A stretch of 64,000 nucleotides of DNA from Vezdaea acicularis (taxonomy: Eukaryota): assembly GCA_026025075.1 (NCBI GenBank), contig JAPEUI010000069.1, positions 1 to 64,000 on the forward strand. The letters are read 5' to 3'. Made by a program: the position numbers and the translations under genes. Positions 26,544 through 38,694 of the stretch are shown in pieces; the stretch's first letter is position 1, and each line of letters opens with the position of its first letter. The notes under the pieces are model-generated. The model was not told where the DNA came from. It was given only the letters and a program-made list of their open reading frames with translations, and searched no databases.

Positions 26544-29500
26544 ATGGCCGCAATAACCACCCAGCCAATCTTGGAACAGGTTGAGAGACCTTTTAATGTC
26601 ATGTAAGCTTGAAAACAGATAACTCTCATTGGTGCTATTGCTTATGAGGGATGTGCTTACCTTATCCTACCATTATCTAGACCTGTGGGTCTAAAAGAAG
26701 CAGCCCTCGATTCACCAACCTTCCGAGCAACAGCGGTACACTTCTCGGACCAAATTGAAGTCCTTGAAAGATGGCTAGAGAGTTATGTCAAATCTACAAG
26801 TAGATTGGTGCACGAGGTCTCGTCGCTTGAGGACCTTGTCAATAGCTTTCTATCAAAGTCAGTGCCTCCACCAAACCTTTCGGAGGCAGTCCTGGATCCC
26901 GACTACACACTTTTAGCAATGAAGAGATATGGAGAGGGAGCTAGGGAATTCTGGTCGCACACCATATCAGGCATGAAGAAAATGGAAGCTATGGTCGTAG
27001 AGCCTATACGAGGATTTCTTTATGGAGAGTTGCGTAACTTCAAGGTACTAGACGTGTGAACATTTCATTAGGCCGTATACACATTGGTTATTGCTTACAA
27101 CTATCTCACAGGATGCTCGGCGCTACCTTGATCAAACCCAAAAATCATTTGATAGCCTCTTATCGAGATTTTCGGGTCAGTCGAAGAATAAAGAAGCGTC
27201 AGCTCTTCGAGAAGATGCCTTTCAGCTACACGAGTCCCGGAAAGCTTACATCAAGGCGTCAATGGATTTTTGTGTCCTAGCACCACAGCTGCGAACAAAC
27301 CTTGACAAGTTACTCGTGCGGCTTTTTACCAATCAATGGTCGGAGATGCGAAGGAGCCGCGAAAGGGCTACTTCATCCGTTGACAAATGGGGTAGCGAGA
27401 TGGACAGGGTGAAAGGTTGGAGTCGGGAACTGGAAGCGGGTGAAAAAGTGTTGAAACGCGAGCTTCAAAACGCTAGGAGAAAGATTGAAGAAGGTGCTGA
27501 GACGCGGGCTCGTCCGCCGCGTGATCTTGATTATTATTCATTATCAACAGTTCCATTCCTTGGCGCGAAAGGGCCGGCAAGTGCATTTGCTTCTAAAACT
27601 GGGCCAGTAGCGGAGAAGCAAAGTTGGCTATTTGAAAGAACGCTGACCGGCAAACCAGCTAGGACAGTATGGGTTCGAAGATGGTTTTACGTCAAAAATG
27701 GTATATTTGGCTGGCTCATCCAAGGGCAGAGATCTGGTGGAGTTGAAGAGAGTGAGAGAACTGGAGTCTTGCTCTGCAACGTAAGGCCCGCATATCAAGA
27801 AGAGCGGCGTTTTTGTTTCGAGGTCAAGACTAAAGATACTGCTATCACATTGCAAGCAGAAACACAGATTGAGCTGACTGAATGGATCGCCGCTTTTGAA
27901 GCAGCGAAACGGAAGGCTCTAGAGTCGACAACAAGTGGAGACCCTTCTGTACGAGGTTCGCGAGCATCAGGTGCAGCTTTTGCTATTAGTCCTCCTGTTG
28001 CACCAGAGTTTGCTGCAAAATTCGGCGACGGACATTTCAACGATGACTTGCCGAGCGCAACTTTTGATCGTAGTGCAACTCTTCCTGTCCCTGACGGCTC
28101 TGTCGTGAGTCGAAGTAGCTTTGATGTCACGAGTAGCAGAAGACCCACTGGGAATGAGAAAGAGGGCGAAGGGGCACGTGAGCATGCTGCAAGAATTATT
28201 CAAAAATTGGATCTCCATCGCAAATCAAATGCTGGTTCTACAGGCAGTCCTGGCCATGGCCCTCCCTCAGCTGGCCTGCCATCGCCTGCCGGAGGTATCG
28301 CAGGTCTCATTTCGTCTAGCCACAGTATACTTCCCGTTTATTCTACTCCAGCCGTTGGGCAGCCAACTCCTGGAATCGCCCACCGGCCAACTCTTACGGA
28401 CATGGCTCAGATACCAGGAGGCAACCAAACTCTGCGAGAGCCGCCACCTAGTAGTCTTGCACCATCGACGCTTGCAAATCCACCCGCGGCCACCAATCTA
28501 AGCAAGGCGGCAGTCGTCGTGAGTGGCGAAAGGGGTGTCACTATTGGTGAAGACGATATGCCTGGCGGCTTGATGGCGAACCAATGGGGGAGCAATGATT
28601 GGGGTTATATCAACCGCCTTGAGAGAGGAGACGTAAAGCCCCTACCGCAACCTTTGCCATCTAACTCACCAAGTCCTCGGAGTATCCCTATTGATTCTGC
28701 CTCAAAGGATGGGAGGGAGAGTCCTAGATCCACTTCTAGTGGAGGGGATATCTTAAGTATCTCCCCGGGAGCTCCGGCAAGAAGGCAATCCTCACCTGGA
28801 GGGCATCGTCAAACAATCAGTCTCAGTGACGACTCGGCGAGAGCAATGATGAGTCAAATCACAAAGTCTACGCCGGAGTCTTTCCCATCTAACTATCCCA
28901 TTCAATTGAAGACTCAGGAAGCTCAATTCCGAATGCTTTTTCCGCATGTCTCCCGAGAGGAGAAACTTGTTCTTGTCTTCAGAGCCACATGGAGCCCAGA
29001 CGATAAACTTGAATTTCCTGGTAGAATCTATGTCAGCCCGAGCGCTGTTTATATCTACAGCCATCATCTTGGTCTAATCCTAATATCGAGTCTAAGTCTT
29101 GGGAGTATAGATGAAGTTGCCGGAGCTCCCGGAAAAGACTGCGATTTCCTCTTCATCCACTTGAAAGAGGGCGCTAGCGAGGCAGGCTCTACTCGCGTCA
29201 CTATTAAGATTTTCTTGGAGAATCTCAAATTACTCCAAAGACGGCTCAACTATCTCATCCATAATTTCAATGCTACCGACCCTTTAGATTTAGGGTCGCT
29301 TCTCAGTGAGCTCATTAAGGTCGAGACGGACTTAGACAAGATACGAAGTCCGAGCCTTGAAAGCTGGGATGATATGTCTCCTGGCACTCCTGCTGGCGGG
29401 AGTTTCCCAGACAGTCAAAATCGCTCGGAGCAAAGAGGTCAAGACTTGAGGACGAAATTAATAGTTGATAAGCACCTCCACGGCAGCCCAGCTCGCCGAG

Positions 29501-31014
29501 TCGACAAAGATGTGACAAAGTTTAAGCTCCCTGCTGAACCAACTGTATACGAACCAAAAGTGTATGACAAACTCGCAGTCAGTAGAGATTTTGACATAAG
29601 TCCTAAAGCCCTCTTTCACGTTATCTTTGGAGACAAAAGCGCGGTCTTTCAGTTGCTTTACCGGGAACGATTGGCGAAACGTGAGTGTTTTCTTAGCTTT
29701 GAGATGCAACGCTGATCTCGTTTGAGCGTAGACGTTCGACAAGACCCTTGGATCATACAAGACGACGGAAAAATTCGGCGTGAATTCGAATATGATGTCA
29801 CGTATTACAACAGATTCCGTAAGTCAGATTTCGCCCCCTATTAATTTGTTTGCGCAATGCTGACTTTGAAAGGTCAACTGAGCCAGGCAAAGGTACTAGA
29901 CAGCCAGACGATTGACATACTCAATGATCACCTCTGCTACAGCATCATTGACCGAAAAACTCCATGGCACCTTCCCTTTCGCCATGACTTTGCGCTTGTC
30001 ACGTACATTGTTATCACTCATCTTGCAAAGTCCAAATGCAGGCTTAGTATCTTTATCTCCGTCTCCTGGACCTCCCGCACAATGCTGGCCTCTATGATCA
30101 CTCAAAGAGCCCTTGCCGACCTCTCTCTCGATGCATTGGACCTTGCCGACGTCTGCACAGACCAGGTTCGCCGTCTAGGCTCACATTCTCGCACTCGAAA
30201 AGCGATACAAATATTTGGTCATGTAGGGCAATTAACGTCGCCATACCCTTTCAATATCAATTCTGGGAGTCCAACATCACCTACTTCTCGCATCGCACTT
30301 ACCCGCCGCACTCTCACATCCCTTCTTTTGGAAAACATGACATCATTTCTCGAGACATCTCTTACGTCCACAGGCTACATTCTCTTCAATATCATAAGAG
30401 CAATTTGTAAACAGCTTTCTGCTCAACGCATTCTTGTTCTGGCTTTACTCCTATCACTAGCTCTCAACGCTTCCCTTCAGACCGCTACTATGGCGACATG
30501 GTGGCGCGATCGTCGTGCCACCTCTTTTATGTCGCGTCTCGGTGTGGGGCCTGATGCTGTCATGGGAAAAGCAATTTTTGTCAATGACTTGAATAGCCTC
30601 GTGACGAACCTTTCAGCTCCAGCCTGGCCTACAAACACAATGCCGGGGGTCAATTTCACTAGTATGGAAAGCGCTTGCTACACGACTTTTGCTTCTCTGA
30701 CTTCTGCGAACCCTGACCAGGTTGGGCCCGTAAAGCCTGCTGAAAGGGCAGTGCCGAGCTCTGCTCGAAGGCTTCAAAAGACAAGGGCAAGACTGGCGGA
30801 ATATAGGCACGACCTCTTAGTCGCGATACGGGTCATCCAGAGTGTAGAGCGTGAGGTAATCAGAGGCGCATGGGAGGAGTGGGTTATGAGCGAATGGGGA
30901 AAGTGCAAAGCAGTGGAAGGTTTGATAGAAACAACTGAGATGAAGGAATGGTGGGAGGACTATTGTGTAAGTTGTGGGACTGCATTCAAAACGCTCGCGG
31001 AAAAGCGGGCATAG
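26544..31014 (+). CDS. SIP3: Sip3/Lam1-type BAR-PH-GRAM-VASt sterol-transfer protein (SipA3)
   Basis: GLKEAALDSPTFRA (BAR), EKQSWLF...WVRRWFYVKNGIFGWL...ERRFCFEVKT (PH), FPGRIY (GRAM-like), KALFHVIFGDKS (VASt), C-terminal TM; four introns. Confidence 0.88.
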
Positions 31015-31205
31015 CTGTGATTTTTGGGTTAACAGCCCCTGAGCTCTGTATCATGTTACTTGTGACATTGTAGCTATTAATATTTGCTGAAACTAATTCT
31101 TATAAGCTATAAAACGCGAATTGATCCCGAACAACGCGTTTGGACTTCCCCAGAGCTCTGAATAGGGAATCCTAGCTTGAGAGCAACTGCAAAGGATGTA
31201 CAATG

Positions 31206-32586
31206 TCAATATTTTTCTACCTGTACTAAGTTCAACCAATTCAATACCATCATGGCCTTGATCAAATTGCCTTTCAGATCGACATGGACGCCATCAAACT
31301 TATTCGCCTGTATCGACATATTCCAGGTGCCTAAGTGCTCTATACCTCTCCGTTCTGCCTCGCTCTTGACTGACTCCTCAAAGATTTGCAAAGCCTTGTT
31401 GCCCTGTGAGACTAGCCATTGATCTGGCTTGTGCCTGCCGGACGCATTGGGAGTGAGGATGAGACGTGGGAAGAAAGCATCGCGTTTTGCTAGATAGGGG
31501 AGCTGCGTTGTAATCATCTCCAGGACCTGATCAAGCCAGTTGACCGTCGCCTGAAGGTCAAGATCCTGGATTATAGTCAGTTTAGTTAACGATCAAAGAA
31601 TGGAAAGAGATGCTCTAGAACGAACATTCCAAAGGCCATGGCCAAAGATGAAAGCGTATGGCTTAGTAGGTTTGTCAACACCGAGAACACTCTTGAAACG
31701 CTCGACCTCGTCAAGTGCAATTGGGAACCGAATCATTTGCTCGACTAGTGTATAATCTTAGCACACATAGCAGAGGGAAGTGGGGATGCAACTACTCATA
31801 ACGTCTACTGTGCCAGCGGGGCAGGAAAGGCTGGTGGGGTCGTTCTTGACCACATCGGACGTTTTAAAGATCCCCTGTATAGAGCAAGCCTTAACGTTGA
31901 ATTGCAGATTACAGAAACATTGCCTCCTAAATAGATATATTAACCTCAATGTTAGGATGATGAAAAGCCGGTAGGCAAAGCGTACCGTTCCTCAGCAGAG
32001 AAGTTCCAATCCGTGACAGCACCATAGCCGAGATCTTTCCGAATGAGAACATTAATACTGCCAATGACATGCCTCATCATGCTGTCGCCGACGATTATGA
32101 CCTTCTCGAAGCGGCCTAAGATTTCGCATATTTCTTCGGTGGAAAACCAACGCATGTCACAGCCACGAGGCATGTACGGAGCATCATATCCGATTCGCCC
32201 ACCAGAGGACATGGCTATAAGCATAGATTTTCGATCTTCGCATAATGGCGAGAAGGGAGCATGAAGGTCGAGAGAGGAGATATTGCATACTTTAGCATAC
32301 TTGTAATCTTCAAAGGTATCCATAACGTCCGAGATGCGGTAGTCGATGGCTTCTGGAGGCTGGAAGGCAGCATTGGGGACAAAGGTTTCATTGAAATGAT
32401 TAACACCCCTCAATCCGGTATGAGCGCGGCCATGAAGTAGCTTGAAAGTTGTCAGGCTAGTCGATCTAATGAAGGTTGTCCACTTACCCATGACGTTGAG
32501 CTAGATGAAGAATAGAACATCAAGAATATTGCGAGTGCAACAATGTTATAGACCAAGAACGCAACAAGGGCTCTTCGGTAATACAT
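31206..32586 (-). CDS. type II membrane SGNH/PC-esterase-like protein (putative O-acetyltransferase or esterase)
   Basis: N-terminal TM (MYYRRALVAFLVYNIVALAIFLMF), GCD..IIVGDSMMR, FIFGHGLWN and C-terminal DGVH; four introns. Confidence 0.7.
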
Positions 32587-32787
32587 TACCGCAAGCTAGA
32601 AAATCCTACTCTTAAAGACTGGGTGGAGGGTAGGTTTACGTAGCTATACTCCTGATGCGAATTAAGATTACTGAGGCTACGAGAATGGTGACGCGGGGTC
32701 GGATGTGTTTGGTGCAGACCTCACATATCGCTCGCGAAAGCATCTCGAACAATTGCGCCAGATGTGCTCTTTTATATGTGTGGCCTT

Positions 32788-33885
32788 TCAGCGACCACGA
32801 ATTCCATAGCTGAGTGCTCGCACTAGATCAGCAAAGAAAGCTATCCAACCTCTTACAGCTACTTGCGTGTTGAGTAAGCCTATAATTCGCCTCTGGAAAA
32901 GCTCGCTATGCTCCAAATCGTCAGCATAAGCCTCCCAAACAGCGATATCTTCCCCGTTCGGATTTTCCTTTTCGACAAGCGACCACCCTGCAGAGTCGTT
33001 CTTATCAACCCTCATCTTAGGACAAATCACGAGAGCCCGGCCAGCAATCCTACAATCAGCGGTCAGGCGAGTACCGGCATCGACTACGTCCTCGATCTTT
33101 GCTAGGTCAGTTCCAGCAACCAACGCTCGCCCCTTTGCAGTAAAAATTGGCGTCTCGCAGAAATAGGGACATATAATGTTGACCCGAACCCCTTTAGGGA
33201 AGGATGTAGCTCGTAAGCAACGGAAAACGCCCATGACACCATGCTTCGAAGCCCCGTATAAGAGTTGGCCAGGAATGCCGCCCAAAGATGCAACGGACCC
33301 TATAAGCAACAAGTGACGATCACGAGAAAGAGTTGTAGGATCATTTGACGGATTCGCGGGAGAGGATCCTGGATTCTTAGGGAGATAAAAAAGAGCTAGA
33401 TGGGTTGTGTAGAGTACACCGGTCAGATTGACATCCATCGTGTGTAAGTTCGGCTTTGGCGGCTCTTGCCCATCTAGTCCTTCAGGCCGTTCAAACGTGG
33501 GAACCTGGTCTAAAGTGCCAGCATTTGCTACCACAGTGTCGATCCCGCCGTGAGGACTTCGTTTCACAGCTTCCTTGAAGAAGCTAACTTGGGATTGCCA
33601 GTCTGTTACGTCGCAGTGAACGAAGTGGGCGCTCGTCTTCCCGGTCTCCGCGCAGATATCGCGGGCAATCTGATCACCTCTAGCAACGTTAACGTCGCCG
33701 ATGATAATTGTAGCACCATTTGATGCCCATTTCCTTGCGAAAGCTTCACCAAAGCCGCTGGCTCCTCCCGTTATGATGATAGTTTTCTCCTTGACCCAAA
33801 CTGGGTCATATGGTACAGAAAGATCGACCGGAGGAGATTGGTGGACTTTGTCCACCAATGATACTTTTGAGGGTATAGTTGTCAT
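32788..33885 (-). CDS. short-chain dehydrogenase/reductase
   Basis: TGGASGFG Rossmann motif, VVANAG, catalytic S...YGASK; intronless. Confidence 0.9.
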   Translation of the reverse strand: MTTIPSKVSLVDKVHQSPPVDLSVPYDPVWVKEKTIIITGGASGFGEAFARKWASNGATIIIGDVNVARGDQIARDICAETGKTSAHFVHCDVTDWQSQVSFFKEAVKRSPHGGIDTVVANAGTLDQVPTFERPEGLDGQEPPKPNLHTMDVNLTGVLYTTHLALFYLPKNPGSSPANPSNDPTTLSRDRHLLLIGSVASLGGIPGQLLYGASKHGVMGVFRCLRATSFPKGVRVNIICPYFCETPIFTAKGRALVAGTDLAKIEDVVDAGTRLTADCRIAGRALVICPKMRVDKNDSAGWSLVEKENPNGEDIAVWEAYADDLEHSELFQRRIIGLLNTQVAVRGWIAFFADLVRALSYGIRGR

Positions 33886-34367
33886 CTTAAAATAATAGAT
33901 TTATCCTGTTGCTCGTCGTTCCGCTCGCAGTCCTTATCGGATATCTCAGGCCAACATGGTCATATGCATGATAGCTGTAAAGCATTAGCCGCAAAACAAG
34001 AGTCGTTGGAGTGTGATGAGGCTTGCCCTATAATCATCAAGATTGCGCATTACTTTCGAGGACACTGGAGATGACACGCACTAGAAAATAGATCGTTGAG
34101 AGTGGGATTGCGCATGCGAGTAGTTGGGGTCCGGACTTCGGAGATCAACTTAGACCTTGGAAATAGTATACTGAAACCCAATCAAACCTAACAGAAGCCT
34201 TTAACAAAGATGAGCCTACATACCGATTGAATTTTAAAGATAGAGCCGTTCATAACTTGAGATCTGGAATTTTATGTTTCAGGTCACGTGAAAAATATAT
34301 GCAAGGCTTTTCTCGAGTAGGGAATTCTAGGTCGCGTAGATCTACAACCACCTAAGCATGAACCATT

Positions 34368-34963
34368 ATGGCGATGTTCAGGTCGAAAAGGCTGGATATT
34401 GATAGCTACATCAACATACGCGTCATTCGAGATCACACAAAACGAAAGGTATATGCGAAGCACGAGGTCGAAAGGTAAGAAGGCTGTGGCGCCCTGTCAT
34501 TCTACAATATCTATCTTCAAGACCTTAACGCATTGAGAGCGAATTGATCACTCGTATATGAACTGGCTACGTAATCCCAGCTAATTGCCGTATTCCTTCA
34601 GACAAGCGCTTCGATATGTTGCCCGTAACACTACCCTTCCACAGCGAGCGCGGGCATTAGCCCAATTACAGCTGGCGCAAATGCACTCTTACACGAGGTT
34701 CACTCAGATCAATAATCGATGTATAGACGGTGGCAAGTCAAGAGGTGTATTAAAAGATTTCAAAATGTCTAGAGTGAGTGATCTGATTCCCTTATGATCC
34801 ATCGGAAGTTCCAAGGCCTGCACGACTCAGCGGACGAGCTGTGAATGCCCTTATAATACTTTTCTTGAATCCTTTACTGACGCCAGGATTTTTTGGGTAG
34901 TTTAATTTCCGATTGAAAGCTTTGGACGGAGATATACCTGGAGTCAAGAAGGCCAGTTGGTAG
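34368..34963 (+). CDS. MRP2: mitochondrial ribosomal protein uS14m
   Basis: MAMFRSKRLD...IRDHTKRK, RQALRYVARNTTLP...TQINNRCIDGGKSRG, FRLKALDGDIPGVKKASW*; two introns. Confidence 0.9.
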
Positions 34964-35798
34964 ACGCTCATACGCAAGATCCTGCGCGATTCGAGAAGTG
35001 CTGGATATCGGCGCAGATCCTCAGATGGTATTCTCATGCTACACATCCTTTACAAATATACGGATCAATAAGGGTAGAAGAGGATGCTTAATATCTCAGA
35101 AAATATTAAGGAATTCAGCGACCAGCCTTCTCCCGTTCGATTGTACCTCCCATAGAAAGAAAGGTGATACCTCACACGTGTCTATTCTTATGGTAGACTC
35201 GAAGCGGGTGTTTGCATACCTAAACGTGAACCTCCGTGGTGTCGTCGAGGGTGAAGGTCGGACACGAGTCATGCATCTTATGAGCACATTACCCTGTAAA
35301 TGGAAAATTTACAACTTTCTTGCTAAGCCTCGAAAATGTGGGATCGGTGATTTAAAGTATGATAGATAGATAATTCATGGAAATGTCTCGAAGATTAGTT
35401 CGTGTAAGTGTCTATTTCACTTTTTGGGAATGTTCGAAGTTGAAAAGGTGGTAACAGCCAAACTTCTTGTGTGGCCTTATCGTAGGTGTATACCTACGAA
35501 GTGAGTTCGATGCATGTGACCTTCTCATACGTGTTGTGGTGTCCCTAGAATACAGAACCAAGAATTTAAAAGCACGGCTTGTGGCATGCTTTGCATCTGC
35601 CGTGCCCCAAACCTTCGACCTGTTTCAGTCTAGTCCTTTTCCACTTCTAAGCAAACTTCACCTTCACACCTGGGTTTTCCTAAGGTTCAACAAAACAACT
35701 CCACTGGCAGGTTAGAGTCAAAGGCGTCTCTCTCACCTAGATTTTCCATTAATTTCGAACAGCTCCTTTTGCTAGTTTCACTAGCAACTCTCTTAATC

Positions 35799-37185
35799 AT
35801 GTTCCGTCGCTGCGAATACCCGGCTGACCCTGTCTACCCTCATGATCTGAAGAGTTTAGGGTAAGTTATCCCATGTGCTGCTGATCAGAACTTTGACCTA
35901 AAGGCCAACATAAACTATGTGTGACGGCACGGAGCTTAATAAGAATAAACATCTAGGTACTTTATTGATGCCAATGATCAAATCAAGTCTATCAGCGCTC
36001 CTGATGAAGGCGTTATATATTACCTCAATCGAAATGAGCGCTACAATGACGTCTTCCGAGAAGCTATGAATAGTTTGTTCCTCTCTAAGTGCTTTTTAGG
36101 ACCCTTATTTGACAGCAGCGATAGGTTGCGTCCGCAAAATTGCTATCGAGCGACTTCACGAATTAGGACTGGAAACCGTTCGGCTACCCCTTGGGACGAA
36201 CGCCACTCATCCACATGTTCCTATTTTGGCCTCGAAAAATCTTTTGTCCAAGGACCGTGTTGTAATTCTGATTGACGATAATAAAGCAGATCTAGCCGTT
36301 CTCTCTTACGGCGTCGCAGGCCAAAACGGTTGCACCATCAACTTTGGGACCTGCGTCGATCTTGTCAAGGCAGCTTCGACCCGAGAGCCGCATAATGCCC
36401 CGGGAATGGTTATCGCAAACCTCAGCCAGCTACTCTGGTGGCGTGGAGGGGCAAAAGCAGTATCTCACAGAACCTGGCATAACTTGCCAAAGGAAAGCGT
36501 AGTCCATCCGAGCATGGCAGTTGACATGAAGAAGAACCGAATCGAAAGAAATGACAGCGAAGAGGCACATGTTCAATGTTTGTTCGAAGATGTCGTGGGA
36601 ATGATGGTGAACAAGAATGCCAAGATCGACATTATCGGGGTGAGCGATGGCGCATCTATAGTAGTGAAGTACCTTAACGCACATTGTGAGTATAGTCAGC
36701 CGCGTTGCAATTTCCAAATGGCCTTTGACATAATTCTACTAACCCATAATTTAGGGGCCCAATATAAATCCCGTGTGGACGCAATCTGTGTTTGCGACCC
36801 TACCTACCAAATTTCCGACCTTACAACCCGTTCGTTCGCTCATTTCATGCAGCACCGCAGTCGGTCATATATCGTAGTGCCATCTCTACCACCAGCTACG
36901 CTTATCAGTGTAGACAATATGCAATATGCGGGCCCACCCACCGGCTCTCCTACATACTCTTGTCAAGTCCCGTCGGAAAGATTGATCTTATCATCAGCAT
37001 ATCCAGTTATACTTCAATTCTTCGAAGACGTGAGGGATGGGTATGGGAACCCGGAAAGTATTTGCTATGGAGGCGTGACGCTCCCGGAAAAAGATGATGA
37101 TACAGCGGAAAATTCTACCTTCAAGAAGCTGCCTAAAAGCTCGGTGGTTCTTCATGGTGAGGACGGTAAGGTTTGGAGACCTTAG
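35799..37185 (+). CDS. Arb2-domain protein (alpha/beta-hydrolase-like; Argonaute siRNA chaperone Arb2-like)
   Basis: MFRR..YPADPVYPHDLKSLG/YFI, NRNERYN, RLPLG...HPHVPILAS, APGMVIANLSQLLW; three introns. Confidence 0.7.
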
Positions 37186-38694
37186 ACGGTAGTTGTGGAT
37201 CAATTGGGAACTATCAGAGGCAGAGCAGAGAGCCTCTCATTTCTCTGGATGGGCTGTTCCTGTGCACTATACTTAACGCAAAAAACACCTGTTCTAACAG
37301 GCTTTAACCAGACATACAATTGAATATCATAGAAGTAAACATCATGATTCCGAGGCTGTTCAAATATTTGCAAGATATCTCACTTGAGGCTAATACTTTT
37401 TAGGGTAGTTGGGCTGGGCGAGTTCACGTTCTCACCACATTGCTCAACAGGCATACTGATATGACAGCGGAATATGAGCCTGATTCCATCGTCCAGCAAC
37501 TCCCTTTGCCAAAATCTCCAAGCTTCAAATGAGCCCCGTTGCTGTCCCGCTCCACGGCATTGGCCTGTGTTGGCCTGGTGTTTCAAGGCCCCTGTAGGCG
37601 CCAAATGGATGTTGCATAGAGCGCCAGCTAGGCGAGCGCTCCCGAGCCGAGACCCAATCCAATCGACTTCTCTCAATTCAGGGGCACATGAAGTGCCTCG
37701 CGACCTTGTTGTTCACTTCTCATTTTGTGGTGGACTACATAGTACTCGATGCAAGAAATGCATATTTATTGATTGCTCCGAGTGCAACTCGAGAATAGCC
37801 GCCGTAAAGACCAGAAAAAAGGATCTAGCCATCGAGTACACCAGCGGCACCACTAACGAGTATTCCCACCATCATTTCACTGCGCTCTATCCGTGCGGGG
37901 AAACGGGCCGCCATTGTACCTGAATCACGATAGCATAAATTATCACTGTGGCTGATAGATAATATCGACGTATCCACGTCCCGCCGATCGTGAAGCCGAG
38001 GGGCAAAGAAGTGTGCCGTGGATGCCGTGTGTGCAATCGATAAGAACCCATCCAGCAGGGTTTACCCGTTTCACCAAGCCACCGAGATGACCAGGAGCCG
38101 CATCTCGAGTGTATCAAGCATCAGCGCGCGGCTGACAATTGGCTGCAACGGCTCGTTGCATGCATCGAGCCCGCTCCCATGGGTCATGGCTCTGCAGGTC
38201 ACGGCATCTGGACAGCTTCGGACCTCTTTGCCCCGCGTGCAACTCTTCCATATTGCCTGAGCCGTCTATCTTGGCCGCGCTCCTAGTGAAACTTCATTTC
38301 AATGTCTATCGTTGACCTGCTTTGCAACACGGGACTGCTCTCTACCGTGGGGTGAGCGCACTTCTCGAGCTAGATGTGGTCTTTGGCAACGAGCACTTGC
38401 CCTCCCGACGGCCCCGTCCTGCCACCTTATAAGAGCAGCTTTATGCTCCTAACAAGTTTTTCTTTCCTCAGCTCTGCGAAGCATTGAGCTTCATACTTTC
38501 TGTTTGCTGGTCACTCTTTCCCCAGCATATGGTTGCCACTCGTTTTGCTTGCCTTTCAGTTCCATTCAGCTTCATTCATTAAGCCCACAAGACACCATTG
38601 ATCTGTGATCATTTAAAGCTGCTGTGCATGCTTGCTCAAGTTCTTCACGCGACGAGCCACGATTATAAGATCTCTTCAGAAACTTATGCTTACC

